A stretch of 64,000 nt of DNA, taken from positions 1,365,093 to 1,429,092 of the forward strand of contig CAVPBC010000002.1 of the NCBI GenBank assembly GCA_963701785.1, read 5' to 3'. The stretch's first letter is position 1, and each line of letters begins with the position of its first letter. Positions 1-11,919 of this stretch are shown here, in pieces. This DNA is from an uncultured Bacteroidales bacterium. Lineage in GTDB: Bacteria; Bacteroidota; Bacteroidia; Bacteroidales; JAGOPY01. The position numbers and the translations under genes were made by a program. The notes beneath the pieces were generated by a model. The model searched no databases. It was not told the origin of the DNA and saw nothing but the letters and a program-made list of their open reading frames with translations.

Positions 1-470
1 CCGGAAGCATTATCATCGGCGCCATTGTATATAAGCCCGTTACGGATGCCCAGGTGATCGTAATGGGCGCCGACAACAAGACTTTTCGTACTGTCCTTCC
101 CCCGGATAATGCCGGTAACATTGCTGACGACAGCCGTTCCAGGCCGTCCCAGGATGAGATAAAGAGAACCGATCTTTTCAGGATAATAAAGTTTGATCTC
201 AAAATTCTGTAGATAACTTCGCTGACTGGAATCAAAATCACCAATTGGATCAAGACCATTCATTTGCATCATGCTTGCTATGTAATCAGCGGCCATGTAA
301 TTGCCGCGTTTACCCGGCTCACGGCCTTCCATCCAGTCGGAGGAAAGGAAAGTGAGCGTTGCTGCAAAATCTTTGATTTCAGGGGCCGGAACAGGCATGG
401 GATTGTCCTGTGCCGGCAGCGATGCTGATATCAGCCAGAGCGCAATGGTAATAAGGCTAAATTTTCTCAT
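1..470 (-). CDS. M28-family metallopeptidase (aminopeptidase), 5' part only; gene continues beyond the left edge
   Basis: Own minus-strand translation from ATG (complement of 468-470): MRKFSLITIALWLISASLPAQ signal peptide ... SLVVGAHYDHLG ... YNGADDNASG (M28 zinc-ligand motifs). Open to position 1, so absent from the ORF track. Confidence 0.7.
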   Translation of the reverse strand, partial: MRKFSLITIALWLISASLPAQDNPMPVPAPEIKDFAATLTFLSSDWMEGREPGKRGNYMAADYIASMMQMNGLDPIGDFDSSQRSYLQNFEIKLYYPEKIGSLYLILGRPGTAVVSNVTGIIRGKDSTKSLVVGAHYDHLGIRNGLIYNGADDNAS

Positions 471-478
471 CAGGGAAA

Positions 479-1608
479 TCACCGGGTCATCATTTTTCCC
501 ATGGCCATCAGGTGAACTATGTTGAATCCTGTATCCAGCAGTAAAATATCAGCATCATAACCTTCGCGGATATATCCTTTGCCGGGTAATTTCAAGATGT
601 CGGCCGGATTTGATGTAACTACCTGCAAGGCTTGTTCCAGCGGGACTCCATCTGCCAGGACAGCATCTTTGACTTCTCTCAGGTTTGAAGAAGGAAGTCC
701 CATTTCAATCTTTATCAGTTTCCCGGTCTCAGGATCAAAACCCGGCAGGGAGCCGCAGGCATCGGAGGTAAAGGTAATATGGGCCAGGGGCACGCCGCCT
801 TCCAGGAGCAGTTTTAATGCGGTAGAGGGTTTTATTTCTTCATCAGGATAATAGGGATAAGAACTGGTTGTGATATCGACATAGCCTTTCTTCCCATATT
901 CCAGGGCATCCTTAAAGATATAATCGTTACGGTTGCAATGGGTCGGCAGGAACTGCCTGTATCCCATTTCGCTATTGGCAACCACATCATGGATCGGCCT
1001 GAAAGGGTCACGGGCATCGCCCATATGCATATTGACAATTCCGGCCTTCCCGCCGATCATCCCGGCCACGCGTGCATGGGCCGCAATCCTTGTCAATTCT
1101 GCGATCGAGGGCACGGAAGAACGATGGTCGGAGATGGCAACTTCACCCACCCCGATGACTTCTTCAAAGAGGGCAATATCTTTCATGATATCGCCGGTGA
1201 TGGAGGGAGGAGGGACCTGGTAGGCGCCGGTGTACATCCATGCCGACACCCCCTGGGCACGAAGCGTTTTCACCTTCATCAGCACACTTTCACGGTCCGG
1301 GTTATCCCGTCGGTTCCCAGACAGCCGATCACTGTAGTAACGCCGGCTTCGAGCATCATGCTGAGCTGGAGTTCGGGCATCCTGCTTATGGGGCCGCCTT
1401 CTCCGCCGCCACCCGTAATGTGAACATGAGAGTCGATAAGCCCGGGCACAAGCCAGAGCCCGGTGCAGTCGACCGTTTGCACTTCCATGCCTCCGGGAGG
1501 ATCAATATGATCCGCAATGGCTAAAATACTTTTTCCGCCGGTGAGAACATCTTTATTGCCAAGGTGTTGCGGGCTGTATACCTGTGCATTCTTAAAAAGT
1601 GTCATCAT
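479..1608 (-). pseudogene. iadA: isoaspartyl dipeptidase (amidohydrolase superfamily), split by one frame disruption at ~1279-1285
   Basis: ORF 1279-1608 (GLIDSHVHITGGGGEGG, HxH metal site) and ORF 479-1285 (VGEVAISDHRSS ... ITFTSDA) read as the N- and C-halves of one ~377-aa IadA-like protein. The junction lies in a GTGTG run. Confidence 0.85.
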
Positions 1609-1715
1609 GGTTCCTGGTTTTGTTCAGCAAAATTGGGGAAAAAAGTAATGCCAGTAATGTTTGTTCACCCTTATTTCTTACTTTCGTTTTACAAAATAAG
1701 CAGCACTTAAAAAGT

Positions 1716-3716
1716 ATGAATGATATAATTACCTTAAAAAGGGTTTTATTACACAGGTTGTTATTTCTTTTATGCTTCTGTGGATTTACTGCAGCATACG
1801 CTCAACCCGGCCGCCTGCTGTTAGTGGGAGGCGGCGCTGAAAAAAACGGCGTATCAAGCTGGAGCACACCGGCTTACCGCTGGGCTGGTGAAGGAAAAAG
1901 AGTGGCCATTATCGGTACCTCAACCGGAAGCCTTGCTCCTTATTTCATGCAGCAATGCGGCGCGGCCTGGGCAAAGGAATTTGCCATTGCCAGCCATGAC
2001 AGTGCCGACAGCCAGCTTACTTACGATACGCTGGTCACTTATGATGTAATCTTTTTCAGGGGCGGCGACCAGTATGACTACTACGATTTATACCGCGATA
2101 CAAAACTCCAGGATGCAGTAGAATATTTATACAGCCAGGGAGGTACAATCTGCGGCACTTCGGCAGGTATGTCCATCCTTTCTTCAATAGTTTACACGGC
2201 AGAAAACGGATCAGCTTACCCGGATGAATGTATCGAGGATCCAAACAACCAGTATGTAACCCTTGCCAATGATTTCATGGACTTTGTCCCGGGATTTGTT
2301 TTTGATACCCATTTTGCGAGAACGCGGCCGATTTGGCCGGCTGGTCGGATTTCTTGCCAATTACAGCCTGAACCAGGGGCAGGCCATTACCGGCTTAGGG
2401 ATGGATGACCTGACCTGCATGACCGTGGATGAGAATGGGCTGGGCACTGTTTACGGCACAGGTTGTGCCAATATCTATATGGCCGGCAGTAATTATTCGC
2501 TAAATGGCACCAAACTGCTGGCCGATACCGTGCATGTTATCCAGCTTTTGCACGGATGCACCTATGATTTCGCAACCGGCCAGGCTGGATTTGCAAGCCT
2601 GGACATGCAGATAAACACCTCCGGGCAGGAAGAATCCGGTAATTATACCGTACTGGCCAGCGGCAGCAATTTACTTGCCATATAACCAGGATATGCTGAA
2701 CGACCTGGTGAACAATACAGGGACTCCATCTGCGGAAATACTTATTATTTTCGGGTGACCAGGCCCTGGCAAACACTTATAAAACCAGGCTGCTTGAATT
2801 GGGTGCTTCTCAGGTGCATATCGTCTTACCGGACCCGCAATCGGGTAGCGATCACTGAGCTGGGCAACCTCATTACCCAGGCAACTAAAATACTGTTCCT
2901 GAAGAACAGCTTTCCGGTATTTTCCGGATTTCTGGAAACCTCCGATGGAGATTTGCTTCAGCAAAGAGTTAAAAACGACGGAATGATTACCGCTTTTGTT
3001 GGTGAAGATGCGCGGCTTGCCGGGAAGATTGTCGTGGAGAATTATCTCACGGAATATGCCTCCTATTATGCCGAGCTCACTTTTGGAAAAGGGCTTTCAT
3101 TGCTCCGGCACACCGTTTTAATGCCCGACACCTATCTGAACAGCGACATATATGAGAACACGGCAACGGCAGTCCCTTACGTCATGGCCAGGGATACGCT
3201 GAAATACGGCATCTGGCTCACCAACCACAATTACATGAAATTCACCCCGGTTGATGGTAAAACCACCCTTACAGGCTATGGGACAGCCCCGGTTATGGTA
3301 ATTACCAATGCGGGCAGCCTGGCCGGTTTTTCGAGCCATACGGCCACAGGAAATACCAGCTGTTGAACCCCGGATGGTTGCTGGTTTTGAGCATTTACAA
3401 CTTGTCGCTGACCGACTTACACTTCGCCTTACGTGATGGGAATGGCGCAACCATCCGGGTATAAATACCAACGATGATGAAATTCCAGTTTCAATTTCAC
3501 CAAACCCGGTTCATAACGAGCTTACATTAATGTGGAATTGCGATGAATATTAGCTGGGAAATCATCAGCCTTCAGGGCAACATACTTATGCAAGGCAAAG
3601 CCTGCAACGAGCCTGAACATGTCGATGTTTCCACGCTCAAACCCGGCATCTATATCATTAAACTGAAGAATAAACAAAACAGTGAAATAACCGCTAAAAA
3701 ATTTATAAAGAACTAA
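1716..3716 (+). pseudogene. secreted peptidase S51 (cyanophycinase-like) with T9SS C-terminal sorting domain; at least 5 frame disruptions
   Basis: ATG 1716 with signal peptide LLFLLCFCGFTAAYAQ. Motifs LLLVGGGAEKNG, FFRGGDQYDY, ICGTSAGMSIL (Ser nucleophile), and DTHFA/ERGRFGRL joined across an extra base near 2325. Pieces 1599-2408, 2263-2685, 2755-3366. The tail 3500-3716 reads SPNPVHNELTL...GIYIIKLKN...KKFIKN (T9SS CTD). Confidence 0.75.
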
Positions 3717-3718
3717 AT

Positions 3719-4995
3719 ATGACAAAAAGAAAAGTACTTTTTATTTTAGCAGTCTTAATTCTCTTTTTTATTCCAGGTATTAAGTCCCGGTCGCAGGGAA
3801 ACCTCGTGATTGCCGGGGGAGGGCTGGAAGATGACAATGCCAGTGTTTATGACCAGCTGATAGCGCTGGCCGGGGGGGCCGAAAAGGCTACTTTTGCCGT
3901 TATCCCTTCTGCCAGTGGTGTATCGGTGCAATCTTATACAAGTTTCCGAAACATATTAATTTCCTATGGAATAAAGCCGGAGCATATCTACCTGATCAAC
4001 ATTGCCATGGTTGATGACGACAGTACAACGGATGTGAATGAGGCGGAATGGAGCAACAATGGCAATGATCCTCAGTTAGCCGGTATTGTCAGGTCGTGTT
4101 CGGCTGTCTGGTTTACAGGTGGCGATCAGACGCGCACGATAAAAACGCTGGTCATGCCTGATGGCAGTAAAACCCCCGTGCTTGAAGCGGTCTGGGAGGT
4201 CTATCAATTCAGGTGGCGTAATCGGAGGATCAAGCGCCGGTGCCGCGATCATGAGTGAAGCCATGATCGGGGGCGGCAACAGCCTTGCAGCACTGAAGCA
4301 CGGCATCATTAAAGATTACCAGGGAGATGATTTTCCCGAAGGAGATGGCGTGCTGATGTCGGAAGGACTGGGCTTTTTCCCCCTGGGAATTGTTGACCAG
4401 CATTTTGAACAACGGGCACGTATCGGGCGGCTTGCGGTGGCCCTTATGAATGAAAAACCCGGGTTTAACTTGGGCTTTGGCGTTGATGAAAATACCGCAC
4501 TCATTTACCTGGGCAGTCAGAACCTGGTGAAAGTCGCCGGCGCCGGCAGGGTTACCATAATCGATGCCGCAAATGCCAGTCTGTCTTACGTCCAGGGTTT
4601 ACCGGCGATCGAAAACCTTACAGTAAGCCTCCTCGAAGAAGGTGACTCTTTCGATGGCATCACGGGACAAATAGTCCCGTCTGCAGGGAAAAGACCTACA
4701 CGGGGAAATGAATACTACAATATTGAGAATCCGGGCCAGGCTGGGGTTTTATCGGCCAATTCCACCAGCTTCAGCGATCTGGCCACCATCAGCCTTATCG
4801 ATAACAAAGGAGCTGATATGGTAAGTAATATCAGTTTTTCAGATAAGGAATCCGGATTTATGGTGACTTTATACAAAACCCCTGAAAGTGAAGGTTTTTA
4901 TACTGATCAAGCCGGACGATGAAGATCATTATACCGTGACGAAAATAAGGATGGATATTGCACCCGTGCAGGTGACCATATCACCTTTGAAATAA
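3719..4995 (+). pseudogene. cyanophycinase-like peptidase S51 with signal peptide; 2 frame disruptions (~4205, ~4915)
   Basis: MTKRKVLFILAVLILFFIPG signal. Motifs LVIAGGGLEDDN, VWFTGGDQTR, VIGGSSAGAAIMSE, VDQHFEQRARIGRL. Pieces 3719-4258 and 4161-4922, plus a short tail EDHYTVTKIRMDIAPVQVTISPLK to TAA 4993-4995. Confidence 0.8.
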
Positions 4996-5019
4996 TTACA
5001 AAAACCAAATAATAAGCTT

Positions 5020-7937
5020 ATGAAAAAATTTACGCTTTTATTTTTCATTTTTCTTTTTTCGTTTTTCACTGTTCATTTAAGTATGGCCCAGGAAATGCCA
5101 ATTACCGGTAAAGTCATTTCGGCAGAGGATCAGCAGCCGATCCCCGGGGTTACTGTAAAGATCAGGGGCACATCGACCGGCACTATTTCCGGTCTTGATG
5201 GGAATTACACCATCAATGCCCCTTCAAACGGTGTACTGGTATTTTCATTCGTGGGTATGGAAACCCAGGAACTGGAAATCAACGGGCGCCGGGAAATAAA
5301 CGTGAAACTGGAGGAAGCCAGAATCGACCTTGGGGAAGTGGTGGTCATGGGTTACAGCACTGCCAGCAAAAAACTGATCTCCGGCTCATTCGGTGTGGTC
5401 AAGGAAGAAGAGATGAAGTCAATCCCAATGCGGACTGTAAACGGGGTTTTGCAGGGTAAAACCGCCGGGGTGGTCATCATGCAGAATTCCGGGACACCCG
5501 GGGCACAGAACACGATCAGGATAAGGGGAGGCAGTTCCATCAATGCCAATAACCAGCCGCTTATCGTAGTCGACGGTATACCGGTAATTACCGGAGCTTA
5601 TGGCCAGATCGGTTATTCAGGCCAGGAAATTGATGCTATGTCTGACATCAATCCCAATGATATTGAGCAAATTACTGTGTCTAAAAGATGGCTCAGCAAC
5701 AGCTATTTACGGTGCAAGGGCCTCGAACGGCGTCATCCTGATCACAACCAAAAAAGGAAGTTTGCAGCAAACCAACGTGAACCTGAACACTTCCTTCGGC
5801 TGGCAGGTCCTTCCGCAGGAACGCCTGATCGAAATGATGAATGCTCAGCAATGGAATGAATATAAAGGCACTGATGTCCAGGGTATTGACACCGACTGGA
5901 TGGATGAAATACTCCAGGTTGCACCAACTTCAAATACGGAACTTTCTGTAAGCAGCGGAAACGATAAAACCCGGATGTATATTTCAGGAACTTATTACAA
6001 CCAGGAGGGGGTTGTTAAATCCACTGACTACGACCGCTATTCCGGCAGGTTGAGTGTGGATCATAAACTGCTTAAAAACCTGACCATTGGTGGTGGTGTA
6101 TCCATGACCTATTCTAAAAATAAGCGTGTTGAAGGGGACCAGACACTTTTCGGCCCCCTGCCCAATGCTATGTCGCTCCCTGCCATTTTTCCCGTTTATA
6201 ATGAAGATGGGACATATAATGAAGATGGGCCTTACGCTAACCCTGTGGCCATATGCAATGAAACCGTCAATGAAGCTTACACCAACCGTACCAATGGCAA
6301 CGTTTTCCTGGAATATAAATTTCTTAACGGATTTATTTTCACCACCAAATGGAGTGCAGATATATATAATCTGCGTGAGCATGAATATGACCCGATTACG
6401 GTCAGGCAGGGTGAGAAATACAACGGACTCGGCATTGAAGGCACCAGCTATGTCAGCAACCTGGTCAGCAATAATGTATTGCAATATATAAAAACCGTTA
6501 AAGAAAAGCATAACCTTGAAGCCCTGGCCGGATTCAGTTTCGAAAAATATGCCAGCCGCTATACCTATATTGAGGCGATCGATTTCCCGAATGAACAGCT
6601 GCAGTACATCGAATCAGCAAGCACCATCAGGGCGGCGTCAGCCTCGGCGGTCAACAGTGCCATGAATTCATTCTTCGGCCAGTTCAAGTACAATTATCTT
6701 TACAAATATATCTATCACCCTCACAGCCCGTGCCGACGGTTCGTCGAAATTCGGCGAGAACAACAAGTATGGCTTTTTCCCTGCAGGTTCATTTGCATGG
6801 CGCTTATCCGAGGAATCTTTCATGGAAAATGCCGGTAAAGTTGATGATCTGAAAATCAGGATAAGTGCCGGGCTTACCGGTAATGACGGTATCCCCAACT
6901 TTGCCTCGCTTGGATTGTACCAGGGCGGATACGACTATGAAGGCGGTTCGGGAATCGCTCCCACGCAATTGCCAAACCCGGACCTGAAATGGGAAACCAC
7001 CATGCAGACAGGATTTGGAATAGATCTGGCCATGTTTAATAACAGGATATCCTTTACCGGTGATATATATTATAATAAAACGAGGGATCTGTTGTTTTCC
7101 AGGCCTTTGCCTCCTTCAACAGGTTATTATTACATCTATGAGAATGTTGGCACCCTCGAAAATAAGGGGATTGAACTGGCCCTGACAACTGAAAATTTAA
7201 TAAAAGCTTTTAAATGGAATACGTCAATCGTTTTTTCCGCTAACCGCAACAAGGTGCTGGAACTTTATGAAGGCCAGCCTATTGCTGACCAGGGCCGGGG
7301 TGGTAACTGGGTGATGGAAGGGGAACCGACCGGCATCTTTTATAATTACAGGTGCCTTGGTGTCGATCCGACAACCGGTGATCTTGTTTATGAAGATATA
7401 AATAACGATGGGTTGATCAATTCAGAAGACTGGACCAAGATCGGCAATCCTAACCCGGATTTCACCATGGGACTGACGAATAATTTCAGCTGGAAAAACT
7501 TTGATCTATCCATCTTTCTTCATTTCGTTGCCGGCAACGACGTATTCAACGGCTCTATGATTTACCTCGAATCGGGAACGGGAGATGATAACCAGACCAC
7601 CGACATGATCAGGAGATGGAAGCAACCCGGTGATATTACCGATATGCCAAGGGTGGGTGATTCATACAAGTCGTCGAGGTTTATCGAAAACGGTTCATTT
7701 TGCAGGATCAAAAATGTAACCTTCGGTTATAATTTCCCTAAAGAACTGATCTCGAAAATCAAAATGAAAACCCTCAGGATTTTTGTGATCGGCCAGAACC
7801 TTTATACGTTCACCTCTTATTCTGGTATGGACCCTGAAGTTAATTACTATGCCAATGATAATATCATTCTTGGCACCGACTTCTTTACCTATCCCCAGTC
7901 GCGATCCTTCCTTTTCGGTTTAAACATTGGTTTCTAA
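5020..7937 (+). pseudogene. susC: SusC/RagA-type TonB-dependent outer-membrane transporter; 2 frame disruptions
   Basis: Pieces 5020-5859, 5600-6838, 6822-7937. Signal peptide; CarbopepD_reg-like ITGKVISAEDQQPIPGVTVKIRGTSTGTISGLDGNYTI; plug motifs LQGKTAGV, IRIRGGSS, SATAIYGARASNGVILITTKKG; barrel ends SFLFGLNIGF. Confidence 0.9.
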
Positions 7938-7956
7938 TAATAAATACACGAAAAAT

Positions 7957-9313
7957 ATGAAAAAGCTAATCTATATAACCATCGCCTTTTCAGTCCTTTT
8001 ATTATCCTGTACAAAAATGCTCGATATCGAACCGACTGATGCCATTTCCTCAGATGAAGCGATCAAAGACAAGGCCGGCGTCGATAAAGCAATTGCCGGT
8101 TCTTATGACGCCCTCCAGTATGCCGGGATGTATGGCCGCAACAGGGTGATCTTAGGTGACCTGGCCGCCGACAACCTGGTCTGGACCGGAACCACTTATG
8201 ATTATTATGAAATTGACAATAATGATGTCGCCATTGAAAACGGGATCATCGACGCCATGTGGTCAACATCCTATGACGGGATCAACAGGGTGAACAACGT
8301 CCTTGCTGCACTGCCCGGCATTGGTGACCTGACTGACGATGAACGCAATAAATATGAAGGAGAGGCCTTATTTATGAGGGCCCTGTTTCATTTTAACCTG
8401 CTGCTTTATTTCGGGGGAGTGCCCATTGTCACCGCACCCACACTTAATGTAGATGAAGTCGACAGGCCCCGGAATACTGCTGAATGAAATGTATGACCAG
8501 ATCATTTCAGATCTTAAATCTGCTGAATTAAAGCTGCCATTTCCGGCAGATATGCCGGCAGGGAGTTTTGGAAGGGCGAATTCTTTCAGTGCCTCCGCCC
8601 TCCTGGCCAGGGTTTATCTCACACGTTACCATGCTGAAAACAACAACCAGTATGCAGAGGCAGCTGCAACCAAAGCTGATTATGTCATAAATTCAGGAGC
8701 ATTTTCATTGCTAAGCGATTATGCATTCCTTTACGAAGATGCCGGCAGTGAAAGCATATTCCAGGTCGTATTCAGCGTCCAGGACAGGAACGTGATTGCC
8801 CAGTATTTCTTTCCCAGGAGCCTGACCGGGCGGTACGAAGTTGCCCCTTCAGAATCGCTGATCCAGAGCTATGAGGTCGCTGATTCACTGAGGATAAGTC
8901 AGCAACAATTGCATATGATACAGAGGGAAAGCCATATGGGTATAAATACCAGGATATTGCCGAAGGCACTGATGCCATACTTGTCATCAGGCTTGCTGAA
9001 ATGTACCTTATCAAAGCCGAAGCGCTGGCTTATACAAACGGCGATATTGCCACGATCCAGGATAATATCAACATGATCCGCTCCAGGGCCGGCCTTGAGC
9101 CAACAACTGCCGACTACCTAGATTGAACTCAAACTGGCAATTGAAAATGAGCGCCGGCATGAATTTGCTTTTGAAGGCCACCGCTGGTTCGACCTGGTCA
9201 GAACAAAACGGGCGACAGGTTTACTGGGAATAGATGAAGATTATACCCTTTTCCCTATTCCATTGAGCGAAATGACTACAAATAAAAAAATGGAACAAAA
9301 TCCCGGTTATTGA
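7957..9313 (+). pseudogene. susD: SusD/RagB-family nutrient-binding outer-membrane lipoprotein; at least 3 frame disruptions
   Basis: MKKLIYITIAFSVLLLSC lipobox immediately after susC. Pieces 7927-8487 and 8453-9076, plus unlisted frames reading VIRLAEMYLIKAEALAY and ENERRHEFAFEGHRWFDLVR...FPIPLSEM...NPGY to TGA 9311-9313. Confidence 0.85.
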
Positions 9314-9331
9314 TTTTTAAACTGATAAAAG

Positions 9332-10535
9332 ATGAAAAAGATAATTATTTATATGATGATCATCCTTCCTGTTCTACTGATAACAGGATGCGAAAAATAT
9401 GAGCTGGGAAACCCGCTTCCCAGTACCATAGCTGATTTTACATATTCAGTCGGCAATAGCGGATATGCACCTGCAGATGTAACTTTTACCAACACCTCAC
9501 TGAATGCCAGCAGTTACCATTGGGATTTCGGGAACGGACAAACTTCAACGGAAACCAATCCGGTAATGTTCTATGAATTTCCTGGATTATATACAGTAAC
9601 TTTAACCGTATCAGCCGTTAATGATGTCCATTATAATCAACTCGTAAAAACCATGATAGTCAATGTCAAAGACATCAATGCAGGTAAGTCACAGGTCTTG
9701 TATTTTACTGAACGGACCGCTGATGGTGGCGCAGTTCATATGGTTATCCTTAATGACGAGGCTCCGGTTGTACAGGATTTTGATGCCGTTGAACTTAACA
9801 GGCCTTATGGCATCACGGCTGATTCAGCTACCGGCAAAGTGTTCGTTTCCGATTACTCCCTGGGCTACATTTACAGCTTTAATGCCGATGGTAAAAATCC
9901 CGTCAGGATTCTCGATATTAATGTTGCCGGCCAGGAAATCGTCGATTCCCCGCAAGCAATGATGGTGGTTGACAGCATGCTTTACTGGGGGCGCCCGGGA
10001 GGCATCTACCGCTGCAACCTCGATGGGACCAACCCGGAAGTTTATATAGAGACAGGTCTCGATATTGCCCCTGAATACCCTATCGATATGCAATATGATG
10101 AAATCTCAGGAAAAATTTACCTCTGCAACGACAAGACCGATTACAGCGGAGGCTACTTTTCCATGAATTTCGATGGCACCGGCCTGGTGGAACACATACC
10201 TCGATATTGATGGGACTGCTATCGAAGTTGACTTTAATGCGGGTAAAACCTACATGGCTATTTATCCTGCCGATGGAACCCCGGTCACTGATTATGGTAT
10301 CTATACCTGCAACCTGGACGGAACAGGGCTTGCCAAGATCGCCGATTATGGCGGTAAGGCAACCTGGGGCGTCGCGATCGACCATGAGCGCGGAAAACTA
10401 TTCTGGAGTTTCAAGATGTCGAATACCGGGGCCGATGGAAAGATCATCCGCGCTAACCTCGATGGCACGGACCAGGAAGACTGGGTTACAGAAGTAAATC
10501 CCAATGCCATGTGCGTGGCCTGGGTGAAGCTTTAG
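9332..10535 (+). pseudogene. surface lipoprotein with PKD domain and YWTD/LDL-receptor-class-B-like beta-propeller repeats; 1 frame disruption (~10190)
   Basis: LLITGC lipobox. PKD motif VTFTNTSLNASSYHWDFGNGQTS...YTVTLTV. Repeats IYRCNLDGTNPEV, IYTCNLDGTGLAKI, KIIRANLDGTDQED. Pieces 9332-10210 and 10173-10535. Sits in the SusE/F position of the locus. Confidence 0.7.
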
Positions 10536-10549
10536 TCGTTGGACTACAA

Positions 10550-10578
10550 AAAAAGGCTGCTCTTCCGGCAGCCTTTTT
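10550..10578. terminator. bidirectional rho-independent-type terminator between convergent genes
   Basis: AAAAAGGCTGC-tcttccg-GCAGCCTTTTT: 6-bp GC stem extended by an A/T run on both sides. Lies 15 nt after the stop at 10535 and 70 nt after the minus-strand stop at 10648. Confidence 0.55.
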
Positions 10579-10647
10579 GCTCTTATTATGACTTGATAAT
10601 CTATCTGACCACGAACATTTTATTTGACTGAACCTGTCCGTTACACT

Positions 10648-11703
10648 TTAACGTATAATAATATGACCGCTGGTTAAGCCATCAGCATTAAATTCAATAG
10701 AGTGTGATCCTTTTGTTTGATCTGAACTGACCAGGGTAACCACTTCCTTGCCGAGAGTATTATAAACCTTCAGACTGACAAAACCATCTTCCGGCAACTG
10801 GTATTTGATGGTGGTTGAATTGTTAAAAGGATTGGGATAATTTTGCCCGAGGTTGAATTTATTGACAGAAAGATCATTATCATCTATGGACATGAATAAT
10901 GCCTCATACTTTTCAATCAGCTGCAGCCAATGCTTGCCATCATTGTTGCCTCATCGGCCCCAAGTGCCATTGCATAAAATACATCAAATGATTCCCCTGG
11001 CGCTAAAACAACCGGAGCCTGCGAAGTGATTGTAACCGGACCATCAGCAGTAGTTGAAGCATATAGTGGCTGTAACGTTCCATAATTCATCCAGGTCCAG
11101 AAATCGGAATCAACAGGATAACCATCATACCATTCAAAAGAATAAAGGGATGATAACGATTGCGGAAAGGAGCTTCATCCCCATATTCATCTGTGCACCC
11201 CTGTGAAACCGGATAACTTCTCCAGAACTGTTGTAAGTAACGGAATCAAATCCATACTCCTGGTTTAATTCAGGAATTACTTCCAGACCTGCAGAAGCAT
11301 TAATGGCAGCTGCTTCATTATTCGTTATATTGAATTTGACGATCATATAGGCTCCGTTGTTCCAACCGTAGGCATAATGTTTTACAATCACATCCGGGGG
11401 AAGTAATGAATAAGCGTTATTACAGGAGCCATAGATTTCAAAATCGCTTAATAAAGGATTTTCGACCAAAACTGTCGGATCCAGTTCCTCTGCATCATTT
11501 GTGTAATCAAATACATCTGTTGATGAAGTCCCCACTAAAACCGAAGCGCGCTGCAGATGCCTTGTGCCTTCAGGATCAAAAAGCCTTATCCTGCCATATT
11601 GGCTTATACTTACCTCCAGCGCACCTGTGTTAAAGGTTGCCTGGGAATAACTATCCGTTAATGCAAAGCAGCATGATGCCAGAAAAAGTAGAAGTTTTTT
11701 CAT
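10648..11703 (-). pseudogene. hypothetical secreted protein with T9SS C-terminal sorting domain; at least 2 frame disruptions
   Basis: N-terminal piece 11134-11703 (MKKLLLFLASCCFALTDSYSQ signal). C-terminal piece 10648-10893 (NYPNPFNNSTTIKYQLPEDGFVSLKVYNTLGKEV...). The middle section is readable only in other frames. Confidence 0.6.
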
Positions 11704-11919
11704 AGGTTTTAGATTTTAAGTTTGACGTTGACTTCTGATAATGCGAATATAATAAATATTTGGTCAGAATATTCTTTTATGCCAGTTTAGCCTTCATTAT
11801 TTCATTCATACATGAGATCTTCCCGTTCATCCCTGAATTAATGCCCGCAGGGCTAATTACATTTCTCTGCAATAACCTGTACCGATATCTTTGCTCCGAA
11901 CCAATCAAAAAACATTTTC

